Positions 56,427 to 64,000 of a stretch of DNA of 64,000 bases are shown here, piece by piece (position 1 is the stretch's first letter; each line of letters opens with the position of its first letter). The stretch lies in assembly GCF_009914755.1 (NCBI RefSeq), contig NC_060926.1; one strand, 5' to 3'. This stretch comes from the human T2T-CHM13v2.0 reference genome, Homo sapiens. The notes beneath the pieces were generated by a model, which saw only the letters and a program-made list of their open reading frames with translations, ran no database searches and had not been told where the DNA came from. The position numbers and the translations under genes were made by a program.

Positions 56427-57668
56427 ATTTTTTTCCTGACTTTTTAATGATCGCCATCCTAATGGGTGTGAAATGGTATCTCACTGTGGTTTTGATTTGC
56501 ATTTATGCAATGAACAGTGATGATGAGCTTTTTTTTCATCTGTTTGTTGGCTGCAAAAATGTCTTCTTTTGAGAAGTGTCTGTTCATATCCTTCACCCAC
56601 TTTTTGATGGGGTTGTTTGGTTTTTTTTCTTGTAAATTTGTTTAAGTTCTTTATAGATTCTGGATTTTAGCCCTTTGTCAGATGGATAGATTGCAAAAAT
56701 TTTCTCCCATTCTATAGGTTGCCTGTTTACTCTGATGATAGTTTCTTTTGCTATGCAGAAGCTCTTTAGTTCAGTTAGATCCCATTTGTCAATTTTGGCT
56801 TTTGTTGCCATTGCTTTTGGTGTTTTAGTCATGAAGTCTTTGCCCATGCCTATGTCCTGAATTGTATTGCCTAGGTTTTCTTCTAAGGTTTTTAAGGTTT
56901 TAGGTTTATGTTTAAGTCTTTAATCCATCTTGAGTTAATTTTTGTATAAGGTATAAGGAAGGGGTCCAGTTTCAGTTTTCTGCATATGACTAGCCAGTTG
57001 TCAGGAAACAACAGATGCTGGAGAGTATGTGGAGAAATAAGCAGGCTTTTACACTGTCGGTGGGAGTGTAAATTAGTTCAACCATTGTGGAAGACTGTGT
57101 GGCTATTCCTCAAGGATCTAGAACCAGAAATATCATTTGACCCAGCAATCCCATTACTGTGTATATAGCCAGAGGATTATAAATCATTCTACCATAAAGA
57201 CACAAGCACATGTGTGTTTATTGCTGCACTGTTCACAATAGCAAAGTCTTGGAACCAACCCAAATGCCCATCAATGATAGACTGGATAAAGAAAATGTGG
57301 CACATATACACCATGGAATACTATGCAGCCACCAAAAAGGATGAGTTCATGTCCTTTGCAGGGACATGGGTGAAGCTGGAAACCATCATTCTCAGCAAAC
57401 TAACCCAGGAACAGAAAACCAAACACCGCATGTTCTCACTCATAGGTGGGAGTTGAACAATGAGAACACATGGACACAGGGAGGGTAACATCACACACCG
57501 GGGCTTGTCAGGTGTGGGGGGCTAGGGGAGGGATAACATTAGGAGAAATACCTAATGTAGATGATGGGTTGATGGATGCAGCAAACCACCATGGCACGTG
57601 TATAGCTATGTGACAAACCTGTACATTCTGCACGTGTATCCAAGAACTTAAAGTGTAATTTAAAAAAA
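56427..57668 (+). mobile_element. 5'-inverted (twin-primed) L1PA6/7-like element: inverted part 56427-56999, sense part 57000-57668
   Basis: Minus-strand ORF2 peptide [23 protein letters not shown] abuts a plus-strand segment containing MFIAALFTIAKSWNQPKCPS; L1PA 3'UTR and A-tail. Confidence 0.9.
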
Positions 57669-59202
57669 GATTTTATTTTTATTTTGGTGTACATTAAGAT
57701 TTACTCTTTGTGTTGTAAAATTATAAGGCTTTTGACAAGTGCATTATGTCATATATCTACCATTACTATATCTTTTAAAAAACCACTGTACTCCATTTCT
57801 GCAAATTGTTGGCAATCACTGATATTTTTCCTGTTTCTATGGTTTTGTCTTTTCTATAATATCAAATAAATGGAGTCATATGATATGTAACCTTTTCAAA
57901 CTAGCTTCGTTAATGCAGCAACATGCATTTAGCATTCATCCACATTTATGCATGACTTGAGAGCTCATTGCTTTTTTACTATGGAATAGAATGTTGTTGT
58001 ATGGATGTACCACTGTATGTTTACCCATTCACTCGCTGAAACATATCCAGGTTACTTGGGGGTTTTAGAAATTGTGAATGAAACCGCTATCTTATGCAGG
58101 TTTTGTGTGAAGGTAAGTTTTCAAATCAGTTGGGTAAATAACTAGAGTGCCATTTCTGATTTTAATAACAAGACCACGTTTAGCTTTGTAAGAAACTCCC
58201 AAACTGTCTTCCAAAACAGTTCTTTCATCTTGCTTTCTCACAAACAGTGAATCAGAGTTCTTGTTGTTCTACATTTTGGCCAGCATTTGCTATTTTTAAT
58301 TTTTTTGCATTTTCACCACTTTATAGGTGTGTAGTTGTATTACATTGTTGTTTTCATTTGTAGTTCCTTAATGACAAATAATGTCGAGCATCCTTCCATA
58401 TGTTTGTTTGCCATCTTAACACCTTCTTTGGTAATTTAGGCCTTTTTAAAAATTGCATTGTTTGTATTCATATTTTGAGTTGTAAGAATTCTCTGTTACG
58501 ATTTGATATTAGATATATATTTTGCACATATTTTCCTGTCTTTTAACATTTTTTGTGTCTTTAAAAGAGCCAAAGTTTTAATTTTAATAAAGTCCAACTT
58601 ATGAAATTTTTTATTCATTCATTATGATTTTAGTGTTGTATCTAAAAATCTGTCATCATACCCAGGGTCACATGTATTTTCTTCTAGGAATTTTGTAGCT
58701 TTTCATTTTACATTTAAGTCTATGTTTCATTTTGAGTTAATATTTGTGTTAGGTATAAGGTCTGTTTCTATGAGCATTTTTATTATTTTTTGCATCTAGA
58801 CATCCAAACATTCCAGCAGCACATGTTGAAATTTTTATTTTTACTCTATTTAATAACCTTTGCTCCTATGTCAAAATGCAATTGGCTACACTTGTGTGAG
58901 TTTAATCTCTAGGCTTGTATTTTGTTGCATAGGTTTTGTTTCCATTCTTTCACCAGTACGATACTTTTTTACTTTAACTTTATGGTCAGTCTTCATGTTG
59001 AGTGCCATCAGTTCTTCAGCTATAATGTTTTTCTTTTTCTTTAGTATTTCTTTGGCTCTCCTAGGTCTTTGGCCTTTTCATATAAGTTTGTTGATATCTA
59101 CAAATACTTCTTTGGAATTTTGATTGAGTTTAATTAATCTGTAAAGTTAAAAGAATTGACATTTTAATATTATTAGATAATTTCAGCCAATGAACATGGA
59201 CT

Positions 59203-59298
59203 GTTAGCCAGGATGGTCTAGATCTCCTAACCTTGTGATCCACCCGCCTCGGTCTTCCAAAGTGCTGGGATTACAGGCATGAGCCACCACGCCCGGCC
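59203..59298 (-). mobile_element. 5' ~95 bp of an AluY-like element
   Basis: TGTTAGCCAGGATGGTCTAGATCTCC...GAGCCACCACGCCCGGCC. Confidence 0.85.
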
Positions 59299-60366
59299 CC
59301 CTATTCTATTTTTATGCTCTACTCTTGTAACCATGACTCACCCAGATATATCCATGCCATATTTATAATTCATTTTTTATATTAATAGTTCTTGAGGTTT
59401 ATATTGTGAGTTATACTTCAGTAAATTCTTGGGTCTATCTCGTCTCTTCTTAGCAGATTTTTAATCAAGCCTTTTCCAATTGTGCATTTTCTGGGTAGTT
59501 CTTATTACAGTAGTCCTCATGTTTAAATGTGCAGTAAATAATTTCTTAATGGATCACCTGCACTCCTGCCAAATGAACAACTGCACAAAGAGTCCAGCTG
59601 CACTGATTAAAACCTACTAATTGCTTTAATTTGTTTTTCTTAAAAAATTCAGTTGTTTTCTTCTCTTTTTTTATTTATCAGAAATAATTCCTAAATTAGT
59701 GAGTAGGGAACAGTCAAATCTATGTTAGAGAGAGGACTGTGTTCGAAGTCTTAAAAGTATAATTGGACCTAACAGTTCATAAATTCCTCTACTGTTTATA
59801 TCATTTCCTTATTTTCTGTTTGCTTTTAAACTCATCTCAATTCTATGAAAACTAGAAGCCAACATAAGAATATTTAAGTCCATTCCTTAATTAATCCCCA
59901 AGGTGTAGAAGGCCTAAACCCCAGGTGCAAAAATTTTAAACAAGACTTAAGTTTGACTGGATTATTATATTAGCTACAGGTTTTAGCATGCACCAGAAGG
60001 TAGGAACATTCCTAATGCAGAGGCAGGAGCAAGGAGAAGTGGATATGGCTGCTACTTCCTGAGTTAGATTCTCAAAGCTGGTCTGTTCATTTCATAATAA
60101 AGGATTGCTGCAATGCCAGCACATCTGTATTCAGAAACATGCCAGCACTCAATATTAATAACTGAATGTTTTTTGGAATGTCACTGTCACCCTCATTCCC
60201 CCTTTGATTTGGGACACTTGCATAATTATTCAGTTCTCTTTGATATAGACCCTTTCTTTATTGCCTCAATGTGGTATCTCTGCTGTATAATTATTAAATA
60301 CAATTTGGAAGAGAACAAAGAGAAGTTGAAAAATAAATGTCATGCTTCTCTTTGCTTATTGTAAAG

Positions 60367-60571
60367 CAGAGGTCAGCAAGTTATGTATACACTGTGAGTC
60401 AAATCTAGCCCCCTACCTATTTTATTGGAACATAGACATACCCAGTTGCTCATGGATTCCTCAAGTTTGCTTTTTCACTACAATGGCAGATTTGAGCAGC
60501 TGTGACGGAAACCATATAACCAGCAAATATTTACTATCTTGCCCTTTAAAGAAAAAGTTTGCTCACCTCTT
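60367..60571 (+). mobile_element. MER58A (hAT-Charlie)
   Basis: CAGAGGTCAGCAAG...CTACAATGGCAGATTTGAGCAGCTGTGAC...AAATATTTACTATCTTGCCCTTTAAAGAAAAAGTTTGCTCACCTC. Confidence 0.85.
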
Positions 60572-61886
60572 TTGTCAAAACTTGTTCAAAACACAAGTTT
60601 TATATAATGGTGAGTTAAAAATATTTTATCTTTTAGTGTTAGTGTTTGACCAATGCTAACAACATGCCCTACCAAATATTTGAATAAAGGCATGAGGATA
60701 ATTAATATAAAAACAATTCCTAAGTTGTTATCAAAAATGGTTTTTATTACTATACTTTTAAAACTGCCATTGTGTTTCATTATTTTATTGGTAAACAGAT
60801 AGTCTTTAAGAATGTTTAAAAGCAATGGAAAATCCCTTGCTGTCTCAGTTACTTTTCTTTTCAAAGAGAAAAGTGTTTTGCTTGAAGTTTCAAGCAACAT
60901 AATATTTTGTTGTCAATTTTTTTTTGGATCTGTTTTAACACAGGCTTGACAGCACCATAGACAAGTGCCTCTTCTTACTGAAATAAAGTATGAACGGTTG
61001 ATGCCTAGCACCAGGCAGTATATCAAAGGGTGGTCTACTTATTGTGTTATTTTCTGGTGTTGAATTCTGCACTTTATACAAAACCACAACTGCTAACTTC
61101 AAAAATAAGTTTACAGCTAAGAAGCAGACATCTAGAAAGGAAGAGCATTCTAAACAGGATGAATTTGAAAATCTACCAACTAAAATCTTTGAGGAAAATA
61201 GTGTCCCCACTTCTATAAACCAAGGCTTCTATCATCGCCAAAATACCTATAAAGTTTATGTTTTTATTTCCCTTTGAAGTGCATTTTAAATCTGAGTTTC
61301 TTATTTTGGGTCTTTGTCACTTGTTCATATCTACCATTGGTCATATTTGATGGGAGGTAGGGGACTACCACTAAGCAAGATGATTCCCTTACTTTCTTTC
61401 TCACTTCTTGGACTTCACCTTTTACACCTAATTTCCTTTTCTTGTTATTTCCGATTGTTATTTTTTTACATATTTTAAAATCTTAATTCCACTATTTACT
61501 CTTTTTTTCTCTGCCTTTTCCTTCTTTGAATCATTTGAGGGGTATATGAAAATTCTCTTCTTCTCATCTTAATTCTCATTGTCACTGCATTTGCTTGAAA
61601 AATTATTGTTTTTCTGCTATATCAAACTCCCAAAGCCCTTTTAGCAACTATACAGGGGGGACAGAACAAAAAATTGTAGTCGGGGTCACTATTGATGAAT
61701 CCTGATTAGAAGTGCTGAACTGTGAGCCACAGTTATCTTTTACTGTCTTATTACCCATTTGCCACATATTAAAGTTTTGGCAATGCTTGTCCAAATAATG
61801 ACTGGGTAGAAACAGTCAGGTCTTTCTTGGTGCAGTTGGCTAGAAAACAAAACCAGAATTATTTTAGACACAATTTTTAAAAATAT

Positions 61887-61975
61887 TGTCTCGAAAAATA
61901 CCAAAGCAGGTGTAGACATGTAGAAACATGTCTCAGAAAATACCAAAGCAGGTGTAGACATGTAGAAACATGTCT
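61887..61975. repeat. 42-bp tandem duplication (about 2.1 copies)
   Basis: TGTCTC(GA/AG)AAAATACCAAAGCAGGTGTAGACATGTAGAAACA twice, then TGTCT. Confidence 0.95.
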
Positions 61976-64000
61976 TGGCAATGGAGAAAATAAAACCAGT
62001 GCTGCTTATTCTTCATCAGTATTCCCAGTGTCTCTCCAACTCATGGCTCCACAATCTCCTACAGGGGTGTGGCTTCTTCCATATGAGGAAATATTTAACT
62101 CTTCATAACTTTACTTTTGCCACCTTGAGGTGTTGAGTGTCTTCCTTGGCTGCAATGAGAAAAGTCTTGGTGAGGGACTCTGAGGGGTCAGGCTTGGACT
62201 TGAGCCCGGTAATGTAACTGAGACACAGTAATCATGGTTAGAGAAAGGTCAAGGCAAAGAGTCCTTATCAGTAGGACACATTGTTCTCATAAGAAGGAAA
62301 GTGTTCTAGACAACAGAGCAATGGATATTTACTGCTGACTATTATTGCAGAGTGATCTATTTTCTGTTATTCTTACCCCTTTCCTTCTCTAAATAGTCAT
62401 TTCTATAAGGATATGATTATGGTTTATTATTTCTGTTTACCCCACGTGTCTAGTACAGTGTTAGGCACATAGTGAAATCACATAAAATCAACAGATTTTT
62501 ATTGAATTAATAAATCAATTCCTCTCAGTTGAAGATTTCTTTTGAGAGAAACAGTGTTTAAAGTGGGGAAAAATAATGAACCCATTTTTCATTTCATCAG
62601 TGTATCTCTTTTCCCCATTACCTGGTCTGTGCAACTAAATGTTAGTGCGTTGGATTATAAGTGTGTTTTATCCATCCTGTTTAGCATAATCCAGAATCCA
62701 ATGCCAGGACAGCACTCAATAAATAAAATGTAATAATAATATACTTCCCAGGCACTTTCGCTGTCCACTACATCCCAACCAGAAAGGGCCTCTAATTTAT
62801 CTGCCATCTTGAACAATAACTCTTTGCTTCAGGATATCTTAGATTCTATCAGCAGTCTTGACCTTTCCTCTTCTACTCTAACAGACCCTGGGACATCAGC
62901 CTGACTTCAGTTTGGCTGGCAATTCCTGCAACCCCCCTTATTTTCTGTTAGGTTTCATATCTCACAATCAATCTAGAACTGCCTTGCCACAAGCCACAAG
63001 CATCCTTCCCATCCCAGTCCTTTGCCAGCTTTCTACAAATTTGTATCCTTTGAATGGCAAACACTTGAGTGCAACTGTATCTGCATTTTTATACAATTTG
63101 GGAATTATTGCAAAAAGTTCAAGGTTATAATGACGTCATCAGTTCATATTTTTTTCAACAAACCAGAATAACTTCAAACTAGCCACACTAAACACAGCTA
63201 CCTCTTTATCTCTAAAGGTTGCTCTACTCTGATTCCAAAATTTTATTGTTTATTCAAATACTTAGGTCAAAATGAATTTCCAAAGATCTCAGATAACATA
63301 GAACTCACAGATGGCAACTGAAATGTAGATCTTACTACAATCACATTAATTTTTTTGGATACCATCTTATTAATTATGACAGACAGAAGAGGAATTATAA
63401 ACAAAGGGAACTGTTTAGATACAGACTCTGATGTGACACTTGGGCAAATCACTTCTCCCTTTTTTTGTTTCTGTAGGCTGAGCTACAACTGAATGTTTCA
63501 GAATAGTGCAATAAATACCTAGTGTGACCCTCCCTTTGGTCCCAGGTTGAGGGTTGGTACACTCAGTTGAAAACCATTAGCATCGCATGCTCCGCATTCT
63601 AAGGCAAGCAATCAATAATTGGTGCAGGACACTGCCTTGTCAAGATATGGTGGAAATGCTCCTATTACCAGCCACCTCCTTCAATCTACTTAAAAAAAGT
63701 GGAAAGAAGAGAGGGAAGAGGGTTCCTTAGAGTCATCAGTGACCCAGGCTGTGTGGGGAATGCAGTGTGAATGTTGAGGAACAAATGTGAGAATGACCAG
63801 AGTATCACCCATGGGTGGATGATTACAGGAAGCAGTGGATAACCTTGCATGGCCTCCTGGAATGTCACCTTAAGCAAAAGACTTGCCGATCATCCCCAGT
63901 GCCGCCCTCAACAGGGAGAAGACAATTAGAGACAGAAGGCAAGGACAAGCATGGGCAATGGCATGTGTCTGCAGTTCTCATTTTGAGCATGGCAAGGATA

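Larger units (their letters stand above)
55396..59200 (-). mobile_element. L1MC-like element interrupted by an LTR and an inverted L1PA
   Basis: GAGACCAAGATCTGGG, TACATTAAGATTTACTCTTTGTGTTGTAAAATTATAAGGCTTTTGACAAGTGC and antisense ORF2 motifs. Confidence 0.7.

Overview
AT-rich primate (most likely human) nuclear DNA with no intact protein-coding gene. It is dominated by interspersed repeats: L1s of several ages, AluJ/S/Y, a full-length THE1 provirus, MER11, LTR12, MER50-like and MLT1 LTRs, Tigger1, MER5A, MER58A, MIR and L2. Almost every entry in the ORF track is spurious or repeat-derived. Four non-repeat items stand out. (1) An internally deleted CAPZB processed pseudogene at 47512-48138. 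(2) A ~120-bp mitochondrial 12S rRNA NUMT inside an L1 at 22674-22795. (3) A chain of ~14 exon-like segments on the minus strand (~29690 down to ~6075) in the unique islands between repeats; most have AG/GT splice sites, most reading phases join, and premature stops are scattered through them, consistent with a decayed multi-exon gene I cannot name. (4) A weaker, divergently oriented chain on the plus strand (~42119-61253). Repeat subfamily names are from recalled consensus sequences and need RepeatMasker/Dfam confirmation.
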